NCBI GenBank assembly: GCA_964595665.1
Contig: CAZQQS010000001.1
Coordinates: forward strand, 138 to 64,137
Origin: an uncultured archaeon
Lineage (GTDB): Archaea > Iainarchaeota > Iainarchaeia > Iainarchaeales > 0-14-0-20-30-16
Direction: 5' to 3'
Length of the DNA: 64,000 bases
This document shows positions 27,985 to 35,781 of this stretch, piece by piece. Numbering within the stretch: the first letter of the stretch is position 1; every line of letters starts with the position of its first letter. The notes beneath the pieces were generated by a model. That model was not told where the DNA came from and ran no database searches. It saw only the letters and a program-made list of their open reading frames with translations. The translations under genes were made by a program, and so were the position numbers.

Positions 27985-28434
27985 ATGGAATGGCTAAATG
28001 CATTTATAGTTGGAACTATTGCAATTGTTTATTCTGCATTTTTATTTTTATATCAAAGATATCAAGATAAAAAAAATAATACTAAAGAAAAAAATTTAAA
28101 ATCAAAAGAATTACAAAAACAAATCTCAGATTTGTATAAAAACAAAGATGTTAAAGATCCAGAAGTTATGAAAGAAATTCAAGCTTTACAAAAAGAAATG
28201 ATGAGCATTAGTATAGATATGATGAAATCACAATTTAAAGGTATGATTTGGATTATGCTTTTAGGATTAATTGTATTATCTGTAATAGGATTATTCCAAG
28301 ATGCGAAATTTCCTGTTGGAAGTTTTTGGATATTTTCACAAGTGTTATCTTGGTTTATATTAATATCTTTAGTTGCAAATTTGTTATACAAAGGAATATT
28401 TAAATTATTAGAAAAACAAAAATTAATTAAATGA
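27985..28434 (+). CDS. DUF106-family membrane protein (archaeal YidC/Oxa1/EMC3-like insertase)
   Basis: TM1, coiled-coil, TM2/3 layout. Conserved post-secY position, but no adenylate kinase gene lies between. ATG 27985 preferred to TTG 27967. Confidence 0.6.
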   Translation: MEWLNAFIVGTIAIVYSAFLFLYQRYQDKKNNTKEKNLKSKELQKQISDLYKNKDVKDPEVMKEIQALQKEMMSISIDMMKSQFKGMIWIMLLGLIVLSVIGLFQDAKFPVGSFWIFSQVLSWFILISLVANLLYKGIFKLLEKQKLIK

Positions 28435-28452
28435 TGTTTAAAAGGTGAAATT

Positions 28453-28525
28453 ATGGTTCAGTTAAAAGTTTTTAAAAACAGTAAAACTTATAACAGTCCC
28501 ACAAATATGTAAAAGGTGAATATTT
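28453..28525 (+). promoter_or_regulatory. copy D of the ~75-bp intergenic element upstream of rpl34e
   Basis: same element; flanked by GGTGAA(A/T)ATT(T)ATGGTT on both sides. Confidence 0.5.
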
Positions 28526-28849
28526 ATGGTTACTCCAGCACAGAGAAATATGAAAAAGAAATTTGTAAAAGTTACAAAAGGTACTAAAGAAGTTAGATTT
28601 AGAGATAAATCAAAAGGTGCACATTGTGCTACATGTAAAACTGCATTACAAGGTGTTCCAAGAAATGTTGCAAAATTAGCAAAAACTGAAAAGAGACCAA
28701 GTGTTTTATTTGGTGGATTATTATGTTCTAAATGTAGAGATGAAGTTTTTGATTATGCAATTATGGTTAAATTAAATTTAGTTCCTGAAAGCGAAATTTC
28801 ATTTAAAATAAAAAAATATGTTGATCAAGCAATTTTGAAAATTGCATAG
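28526..28849 (+). CDS. rpl34e: ribosomal protein eL34
   Basis: C4 zinc ribbon CATC...CSKC; conserved position. Confidence 0.8.
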   Translation: MVTPAQRNMKKKFVKVTKGTKEVRFRDKSKGAHCATCKTALQGVPRNVAKLAKTEKRPSVLFGGLLCSKCRDEVFDYAIMVKLNLVPESEISFKIKKYVDQAILKIA

Positions 28850-28857
28850 GTGATTAT

Positions 28858-29310
28858 TTGATTGTTGTTATTGCAGGAGATGTTTCTTATAACGTAGAAC
28901 CCTTTGCTAAAAAATTAGCAATTAGTTTAGGTGCAATATATAAACAATTAGATGATGATTATTTATTAAAAAATACTGGGTTCTTTGAAGAACAAAAACA
29001 AGGTAAGATTGTATATGTTGGGCATGTAATTGCAACAAAATTACAAGTACCATGTTTTAAAATATTTTTAAAAGAATTAAAAGAAAATATTTTAAGTAGA
29101 TTAGTAAAAGAAAATAAATTATCTATTGAAGATGCAAATGAAAAATATAATTCAATAGTTAAAGAACAAAAAGAAAAAATGAATCGATTTTATGGAATCG
29201 ATATAAATAATTTAGAAGTTTATGATTTAATAATGAGAATTGATAATTTAGATCAAAAATCAATAATTAGTATTATTGAAAAGTTTATTGCAAAGCAATT
29301 TAGTGAATGA
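28858..29310 (+). CDS. cytidylate kinase-like protein with degenerate P-loop (likely non-catalytic)
   Basis: Occupies the cmk position between eL34 and eL14. N-terminus MIVVIAGDVSYNVEPFAKKLAISLG replaces the usual GxxGSGK[ST] P-loop. TTG start with SD AGGTGA. Confidence 0.5.
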   Translation: MIVVIAGDVSYNVEPFAKKLAISLGAIYKQLDDDYLLKNTGFFEEQKQGKIVYVGHVIATKLQVPCFKIFLKELKENILSRLVKENKLSIEDANEKYNSIVKEQKEKMNRFYGIDINNLEVYDLIMRIDNLDQKSIISIIEKFIAKQFSE

Positions 29311-29528
29311 GGGATATTATGATTTTAGAAAAAGGTAGAGTTTGTATTGTTAGACGAGGAAGAGATTTTGGTAAATTATGTTGTGTTACTGAAACTCCAA
29401 AAAAAACTGACGCATATATAAAAGTTGAAGGTTTAAAATTAAAACCAAGCTTAAAGAACTTAAATCATTTATGGTTTGTAGATAAAGTAATAAGCAATGT
29501 TAAAGATCTTGAAAAGGTGAAGTTATGA
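29307..29528 (+). CDS. rpl14e: ribosomal protein eL14
   Basis: KOW-like GRVCIVRRGRDFGKLCCV. Confidence 0.8.
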   Translation: MRDIMILEKGRVCIVRRGRDFGKLCCVTETPKKTDAYIKVEGLKLKPSLKNLNHLWFVDKVISNVKDLEKVKL

Positions 29529-30124
29529 GTGCTGCTAAAAAAACTCCGAGTAAAAAAGGTGGAAAACCTCAAAAAGGTGGTTCTAAGAAACCAGAAGTAA
29601 AAAAAGAAGATTTTGCAAAGAAAGCTGTAAAAGAAATAAAACATCAAAAAGAAGTAAAAACTTCAACTAGAAAAGGAACTGTTGCAAGAGAATTAGTAAG
29701 AATTGCAGGTATTGATATTGATGGATATTTATCTTTAGATAGAGCATTAAGAGCTATTAAAGGTATAGGTATGAGAACTTCAAAAACATTCGCATATGAA
29801 TTTGAAAAGAAAACAAAAATACCTTATAATACTTTAATTGGAAATATTCCTCCAGAACAAGATGAATTATTAACAAGTATAGTTATGAATCCTAGTATTC
29901 CTGATTGGATGGTTAATAGAAAAAGAGATTTGTATGATGGAAAAACAAAACACATTACAGGTTCAGATTTGATTTTTACAATTAGAGAAGATAAACAAAG
30001 ATTAAGTAGAATAAAATCTCGAAGAGGTATGAGATTACAAGCTGCTTTGCCAGTAAGAGGACAAAAAACAAAATCTAACTTTAGAAGAAAGCAAGGTGTT
30101 GTTGGAGTTGTTAAAAAGAAGTAA
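29525..30124 (+). CDS. rps13: ribosomal protein uS13 with Lys-rich N-terminal extension
   Basis: similarity, synteny. Confidence 0.9.
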   Translation: MSAAKKTPSKKGGKPQKGGSKKPEVKKEDFAKKAVKEIKHQKEVKTSTRKGTVARELVRIAGIDIDGYLSLDRALRAIKGIGMRTSKTFAYEFEKKTKIPYNTLIGNIPPEQDELLTSIVMNPSIPDWMVNRKRDLYDGKTKHITGSDLIFTIREDKQRLSRIKSRRGMRLQAALPVRGQKTKSNFRRKQGVVGVVKKK

Positions 30125-30136
30125 TAGGTGATATTT

Positions 30137-30763
30137 ATGGGTGATCCAAAAAAAATTAGAAAGAAGTATGATAAACCAAAAAGACCTTGGGATAAGTCTA
30201 GAATTGTTTTAGAAAAAGATTTATTATTAAAATATGGTTTAGTTTCTAAAAAAGAATTAAGAATTATGGAAGGAATTATTGGTAAAAAAAGAGCAACAGT
30301 TAAAAATTTATTAACTGCTCCTCAAGAAGTTGCTGAAAAAGGAAGACAAGAATTAGTATCTTCATTAAATAAAATAGGATTGGTTTCAAAAGATGCAACA
30401 TTCACAGATATTTTAGGATTAACTGTTCAAGATATATTAGAAAGAAGATTACAAACTATAGTATATAGAATGGGTTTAGCAACTACTGTAAAACAAGCAA
30501 GACAATTTATTACACATGGTTTAATTGTAATAAATGGTAGAAGAATAACTATTCCAAGTTATATAGTTACATCTGATGAAGAAAAAGCAATAGGTTATTT
30601 TGGAAATAAAAAACCAAAGATTTTAGAATTGGAAATGAAAAAACCAGAATTGCATAAAACTGCTAAAACAGAGTCAAAAGTTGTAGATGAAAAAACTGAA
30701 GAATTAGTTGATGAAGTTTTAGAAGATAACGAAGTAGAAGTTATTGAAGAAGAGAGTGATTAA
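30137..30763 (+). CDS. rps4: ribosomal protein uS4 with acidic C-terminal tail
   Basis: similarity; ATG 30137 preferred to GTG 30128. Confidence 0.9.
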   Translation: MGDPKKIRKKYDKPKRPWDKSRIVLEKDLLLKYGLVSKKELRIMEGIIGKKRATVKNLLTAPQEVAEKGRQELVSSLNKIGLVSKDATFTDILGLTVQDILERRLQTIVYRMGLATTVKQARQFITHGLIVINGRRITIPSYIVTSDEEKAIGYFGNKKPKILELEMKKPELHKTAKTESKVVDEKTEELVDEVLEDNEVEVIEEESD

Positions 30764-31148
30764 AATGAAAGTTGCAATTGTACATATTTTTTCAACTTAT
30801 AATAATACAAAAATGTTAGCTACTGATGTAACAGGTGCAGAAACTTTAGCAAAAAGTTCTGGTGGTATAGTAACTAAAAGTCAACACAAACAAGGTTCAC
30901 CATATGTTGCTATGAAAATGGCTGAACAAATATCATCAACATTAAAAACAAAAGGTTATGATAATATTGTAGTTAAAGTAAGAGCTACTGGTGGAATTAA
31001 AGCAAAGAATCCTGGACAAGGTGCAGATGCTGCTATAACTTCATTAACTAGAAGTGGAATGAATATTGTTGAAATTGAAAATGTTACTCCATTACCACAT
31101 GATGGATGTAGACCAAAGAAAAAATACTTATCTAAGAAAAAACAGTAA
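30744..31148 (+). CDS. rps11: ribosomal protein uS11
   Basis: similarity, synteny. Confidence 0.9.
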   Translation: MKKRVIKMKVAIVHIFSTYNNTKMLATDVTGAETLAKSSGGIVTKSQHKQGSPYVAMKMAEQISSTLKTKGYDNIVVKVRATGGIKAKNPGQGADAAITSLTRSGMNIVEIENVTPLPHDGCRPKKKYLSKKKQ

Positions 31149-31166
31149 ATAGGATATGGGGATTTT

Positions 31167-32006
31167 ATGCAAGTTAAATTTTTAAAGAAAAATGGTTTTG
31201 AATATAAATTTTTATTAGAAGATACTAGAAATGATATTTTAAATGCTATTAGAAGAACTATATTATTACATGTTCCAACTTTTGCTGTAACAAAAGTTTC
31301 AATATATAAAAATGAAGGTGTAATGTTAGATGAAATGTTAGCTAGTAGATTAGGATTAGTTCCTATTTATGCTTCTGAAGTTGATGATAGTGAACACCAT
31401 TTGTATTTAAAGAAAAATAATGGTATGGTTTATTCTGGGGATATTACTACAACTGGAATATTAGAAATACCTTTAAAAAATATACCTATAACTTTATTAA
31501 AAGAGAATAAAAATTTGGAATTAGAATTAACTGTTAAAAAAGGATATGGTAAAGATCATGTTAAATTTAGTCCAGCAAATGTATATTTTAATAATTTGCC
31601 AGAATTAAAACAGAAAGGCGATGTAGATATTAAAATATGTCCAAAAAATATTTTTGAAAAAAAAGCAAATAAAATATTTTTAAAAGATCCTTATAGTTGT
31701 GATTTGTGTAGATATTGTGAAGATAAATCAAATGGAAATATACAAATATTATTAAATGATGAAAAATTTGTATTAAATATAATTCCATTTGGAAGTTTAG
31801 ATTTAAAAACTATAATTATAGAAACATATAATCATTTAAATAATGAATTAAATGAATTAAAAGCCAGTTTAAATTTAGAACCCAAAAGTTCAAAATCTAA
31901 ACAGGTTGTTGAAAGCTCTTCTGAAAAAGAAGCCATTTCAACACAACTAAAAGTTAAAGAAGTAAAAGAAAAGAAAACAACAACTAAAAAACCAAAAAAA
32001 GAATAA
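31167..32006 (+). CDS. rpoD: DNA-directed RNA polymerase subunit D (Rpo3) with Cys-cluster domain and a C-terminal copy of the SK-KQVVESSS-STQ tail module
   Basis: Rpo3 core; CDLCRYCED motif; tail PKSSKSKQVVESSSEKEAISTQLK. Confidence 0.85.
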   Translation: MQVKFLKKNGFEYKFLLEDTRNDILNAIRRTILLHVPTFAVTKVSIYKNEGVMLDEMLASRLGLVPIYASEVDDSEHHLYLKKNNGMVYSGDITTTGILEIPLKNIPITLLKENKNLELELTVKKGYGKDHVKFSPANVYFNNLPELKQKGDVDIKICPKNIFEKKANKIFLKDPYSCDLCRYCEDKSNGNIQILLNDEKFVLNIIPFGSLDLKTIIIETYNHLNNELNELKASLNLEPKSSKSKQVVESSSEKEAISTQLKVKEVKEKKTTTKKPKKE

Positions 32007-32047
32007 ATCTTTCTGAGAAAGATTTTGTGCAGGGGTTCCAGAGTGGT

Positions 32048-32130
32048 CAAATGGGCAGGGCTTAAGACCCTGTGGCGCAGGCCTTCGAGAGTTCGAACCT
32101 CTCCCCCTGCATCTACATTCTTCTGCGAAG
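32048..32130 (+). tRNA. tRNA-Leu (anticodon UAA), type II with long variable arm
   Basis: Hand-folded cloverleaf: acceptor GCAGGGG/CCCCTGC, anticodon stem CAGGG/CCCTG with loop CTTAAGA, variable arm TGGCGCAGGCCTTC, T-arm GAGAG-TTCGAAC-CTCTC, discriminator A. Confidence 0.8.
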
Positions 32131-32232
32131 TATGTAGTGTAACCCCCTAGAATGCGGGTTGTTGCTGTACTTACAGCAAAGCTTCTAAAAGAAGCATAGA
32201 AATATGATATTTATATTAGAGGATGAGATATT

Positions 32233-32598
32233 ATGAAACACAATCTATTAGAAGATGTAAAGAAAAATATGATTTTAGATTTAAAAAAGAAAGGAAGAGA
32301 AACAAAGCAAGATTTTTATTTGGCTTTGTCTAAAGCATTAGATACTAGTGCAAGAAGAGATATATCTGTAAACATATATGCATTAGATAAATTTGCAAAG
32401 AAACATCCCGAAAAAACATTTTTAATTGCTGGAACTTTGTTGGGATTTGGAGAATTGAATTCTAAAGTAAATGTTTATTCTTTTAAAATTTCAAAAAATG
32501 CTATGGATAAAATTAAAGGTAAAAAAGGAACTGCAAAAGATTTTAATGAATTATTAAAAGCTAAATTAGAATCTAAAGATATAATGATATTAAAATAA
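32233..32598 (+). CDS. rpl18e: ribosomal protein eL18
   Basis: similarity, synteny. Confidence 0.8.
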   Translation: MKHNLLEDVKKNMILDLKKKGRETKQDFYLALSKALDTSARRDISVNIYALDKFAKKHPEKTFLIAGTLLGFGELNSKVNVYSFKISKNAMDKIKGKKGTAKDFNELLKAKLESKDIMILK

Positions 32599-32607
32599 GG
32601 TGAGCTT

Positions 32608-33102
32608 ATGGAAACTAAAGTTAAAAAAACTGAGAAGAAAGTTGTTGTAAAACCAGTAAAAAAGAAAATAGTTAAAAGAGAATTAAAATTAGCAAATTAT
32701 GATGCTACAAATATGGTTTTAGGTAGATTATCTTCTGCAATTGCAAAAAAATTAATGATGGGTTATAAAATTAATGTTTATAATGTTGAAAAATGTGTTG
32801 TTACAGGCGATGCAAAAGTATTAGTTGAAGAATATACTGTAAAATTAAATTTTAGAGGAAAAGGAAACCCAGAAAAAGGTCCAAAATATCCTAGATCTCC
32901 TGAAAGAATGTTTAAAAAAGCAGTATTAAGAATGTTGCCTCATAAAAAAGCAACTGGTAGAGAAGCAATTAAAAATTTTAAAGCTTACTTATTTAATGAA
33001 GATAATGTTAAATTAGATGTAATAAAAGATGCACAATTAAAACAAGGTGTAAAATATATTGAATTAGGTGCTTTAAGTACAAAATTAGGATTTAAATGGT
33101 GA
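32608..33102 (+). CDS. rpl13: ribosomal protein uL13
   Basis: similarity, synteny. Confidence 0.9.
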   Translation: METKVKKTEKKVVVKPVKKKIVKRELKLANYDATNMVLGRLSSAIAKKLMMGYKINVYNVEKCVVTGDAKVLVEEYTVKLNFRGKGNPEKGPKYPRSPERMFKKAVLRMLPHKKATGREAIKNFKAYLFNEDNVKLDVIKDAQLKQGVKYIELGALSTKLGFKW

Positions 33103-33107
33103 TTTTA

Positions 33108-33671
33108 ATGGCTGATTATGCTCCAAGAGGAAGAGGATTTAGAAGACCTCAAACAGAATATGTTGAAGATACTAAAAAAGAACCTACAAAACAACCAAGA
33201 AAAAAATTAACTGCTTTACCAAAATCTTTAGAAAACCCAGTTTTTATAAAAGCTAAAAAAGGTAAAGTTTTACACGTTTCAAGTAAAAGAAAAAGTGCTA
33301 TTGGAAGAGCAAGTGTAAAATCTGGAAAAGGTAGAATTGTAATTAATAAAGTGCCATATACTTTGATTACTAACAAATATATTTTAGATATGGTTAGAGA
33401 ACCTTTAATGATTGTTGAAGAATATAAAAAAGATTTATTAAATAAAGTTGATATTGAAATAGTAGTTAATGGTGGAGGCCAAATGGGTCAATCAACTGTT
33501 GCTAGAAATTGTATTGCAAGAGCATTTGTACAATTTTTTGATGATGTAGATTTAGCTGAAAAAATAATGGTATATAACAGAAGTTTTTTAGTTGATGATG
33601 TAAGAAGAGTTGAATCTAAAAAGCCGTTAGGACCAAAAGCTAGAGCTAAAAAACAACACTCTAAGAGATAG
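33108..33671 (+). CDS. rps9: ribosomal protein uS9 with N-terminal extension
   Basis: C-terminal KARAKKQHSKR; ATG 33108 preferred to ATG 33096, which overlaps the uL13 stop. Confidence 0.9.
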   Translation: MADYAPRGRGFRRPQTEYVEDTKKEPTKQPRKKLTALPKSLENPVFIKAKKGKVLHVSSKRKSAIGRASVKSGKGRIVINKVPYTLITNKYILDMVREPLMIVEEYKKDLLNKVDIEIVVNGGGQMGQSTVARNCIARAFVQFFDDVDLAEKIMVYNRSFLVDDVRRVESKKPLGPKARAKKQHSKR

Positions 33672-33685
33672 ATCGAGGGATAAAA

Positions 33686-33880
33686 ATGTTAATGCCTGTT
33701 AGATGTTTTAGTTGTGGTTTTCCAGTTGCTGAGTATTATGATAAATATCATGATTTAGTAAAAAAAGGGAAATCTCAAAAAGAAGCATTAGATGAATTAA
33801 AAATTGAAAAGTATTGTTGTAGAAGAATGCTTTTATCTAATGTAGATTATATACATGAACTTTTAAAATATCAAAAGTGA
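33686..33880 (+). CDS. rpoN: RNA polymerase subunit N (Rpo10)
   Basis: VRCFSCG...CCRRML zinc motif. Confidence 0.85.
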   Translation: MLMPVRCFSCGFPVAEYYDKYHDLVKKGKSQKEALDELKIEKYCCRRMLLSNVDYIHELLKYQK

Positions 33881-33884
33881 TGCT

Positions 33885-35078
33885 ATGAAAGTAAATATTC
33901 AGAAAATTTTTGATAGTAGAGGAATGCCAACAATTATGGCATATTTTTATTATAAAAATGAAAGAATATTTGCAATTAGTCCTGCTGGAAAAAGTACAGG
34001 TGTACATGAAGTTCAAGTTTATCCTTTGGATAAAAAAGGAAAAGTAAATATAGATTTAAGTTTTAAATTTTTTGAAGAAAATAGAAAAGCAATAGAAGAA
34101 GCATTTGAATTTGATGACCAAGAAGAATTTGATTCTTTATTAGAAGAGTTAGATGAAACAAATAATTTTTCTGATATGGGTGGAAATTTATCTACTGTAT
34201 TGTCAATGTTATTTGCAAAATTGCAAGCTAAAAAAAAGAATTTAGAATTATATGAATATTTAAATCCAAAAGCCAAAATAAAAGATTTGCCTAAGCCATT
34301 AGGAAATGTTGTTGGTGGAGGATTACATTCAAATAATAAAATTTCTATTCAAGAATTTTTAGTTTTGAATGAAGAAAAAAAAGCATTAAAAAATATTCAA
34401 ATGAATATTGATGTTTATCATGAAATAGAAAATATATTAAAAAGTAAAAGAAAGTTTTTTGGTAAAAACGATGAAGGTGCAATATCATTTCAAGCAAATT
34501 CATTTGAAGTTTTAGATGTAATTGAACAAGCAATAAAGAATTTAGGTTATAAATCTAAAATTGGATTAGATATTGCTGCAAGTTCATTTTACAAAAACAA
34601 AAAATATGAATTTGAAGGAAAAAAATATTCTGAAAGCGAATATTTACAAGTATTATTAGATATGCTTAAAAATTATAAGGGCATATATTATATTGAAGAT
34701 CCTTTTGATGAAGAATCTTTTGGTGCATTTGCATCTTTGCAAAAGAAAACTAAATCTTTAATTTGTGGTGATGATTTATTTACTACAAATAAAGAAAGAT
34801 TAATGCAAGGAATAAAAAATAAATCTGCAAAAGCAATATTGATAAAACCAAATCAAATTGGTACAATAAGTAAAACAATAGAAACTGTGAATTATGCAAA
34901 AAAGCATGATATTATACCAGTTATATCTCATAGATCTGGTGAAAGTATAGATAATACTATAGCACATTTAGCTGTTGGATTATCTATTCCATATATAAAA
35001 ACCGGAACAGTTTCTGGTGAACGTTTAGCTAAGTTAAACGAATTAATATTTATAGAAAATAGAATTGAGGATAAATAA
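33885..35078 (+). CDS. eno: enolase (divergent, catalytic residues retained)
   Basis: FDSRGMPT, DIAASSFY, YIEDPFDEES, CGDDLFTTN, LIKPNQIG, SHRSGES, KTG motifs. Confidence 0.8.
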   Translation: MKVNIQKIFDSRGMPTIMAYFYYKNERIFAISPAGKSTGVHEVQVYPLDKKGKVNIDLSFKFFEENRKAIEEAFEFDDQEEFDSLLEELDETNNFSDMGGNLSTVLSMLFAKLQAKKKNLELYEYLNPKAKIKDLPKPLGNVVGGGLHSNNKISIQEFLVLNEEKKALKNIQMNIDVYHEIENILKSKRKFFGKNDEGAISFQANSFEVLDVIEQAIKNLGYKSKIGLDIAASSFYKNKKYEFEGKKYSESEYLQVLLDMLKNYKGIYYIEDPFDEESFGAFASLQKKTKSLICGDDLFTTNKERLMQGIKNKSAKAILIKPNQIGTISKTIETVNYAKKHDIIPVISHRSGESIDNTIAHLAVGLSIPYIKTGTVSGERLAKLNELIFIENRIEDK

Positions 35079-35095
35079 TTATATTAGGTGAGGAC

Positions 35096-35764
35096 ATGAG
35101 TAAAGATTTATTAATTTCTCCTGAAGAATATTTAAAATCAGGAATCCATATAGGTACACGATATAAAGCAAAAACTATGAATAAATACATCTATAAATTA
35201 AGAAAAGATGGTTTAAAAGTTTTTTCAATTGAAGATATTGATGAAAAAATAAGATATTTAGCAAAGTTTTTAGCAAATTATGATATTGAAAAAGTTGCAA
35301 TGGTTGGTCGAAGGATATTTGCAAAAACAGCTATTGAACAATTTTGTAAAATAACTGGTGCAAAAGCATATACTGGAAGATTTATTCCTGGATTATTTAC
35401 TAATGCACAAAATAGAAACTTTTTTGAGCCAGATTTAATATTTATTGCTGAATCAAATTTAGATAAACAAGCAATTATGGAAGCAAAATCTTTGAATGTT
35501 CCTGTAGTTGCATTAAGTAGTGCAAATAATTCTGCTAAAAATATAGATTTTATAGTTCCAAGTAATAATAAAGGTAAGAAAAGTATTGCTTTATTATTTT
35601 GGTTATTAACAAGAGAATACCAAATGATTAAAGGAATTATAAAATCAAGAGATGATTTTAAATATGTTGTAGATGATTTTGAATATAAAGGAAAAGTTAA
35701 AGTTTATAAGCAAGAGTCAAATACTTCAAGAAGACCTATGAGAGGTAAAGCTCCAAGATATTAA
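35096..35764 (+). CDS. rps2: ribosomal protein uS2
   Basis: similarity, synteny. Confidence 0.9.
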   Translation: MSKDLLISPEEYLKSGIHIGTRYKAKTMNKYIYKLRKDGLKVFSIEDIDEKIRYLAKFLANYDIEKVAMVGRRIFAKTAIEQFCKITGAKAYTGRFIPGLFTNAQNRNFFEPDLIFIAESNLDKQAIMEAKSLNVPVVALSSANNSAKNIDFIVPSNNKGKKSIALLFWLLTREYQMIKGIIKSRDDFKYVVDDFEYKGKVKVYKQESNTSRRPMRGKAPRY

Positions 35765-35781
35765 AATCTTAGTGATAGAAA

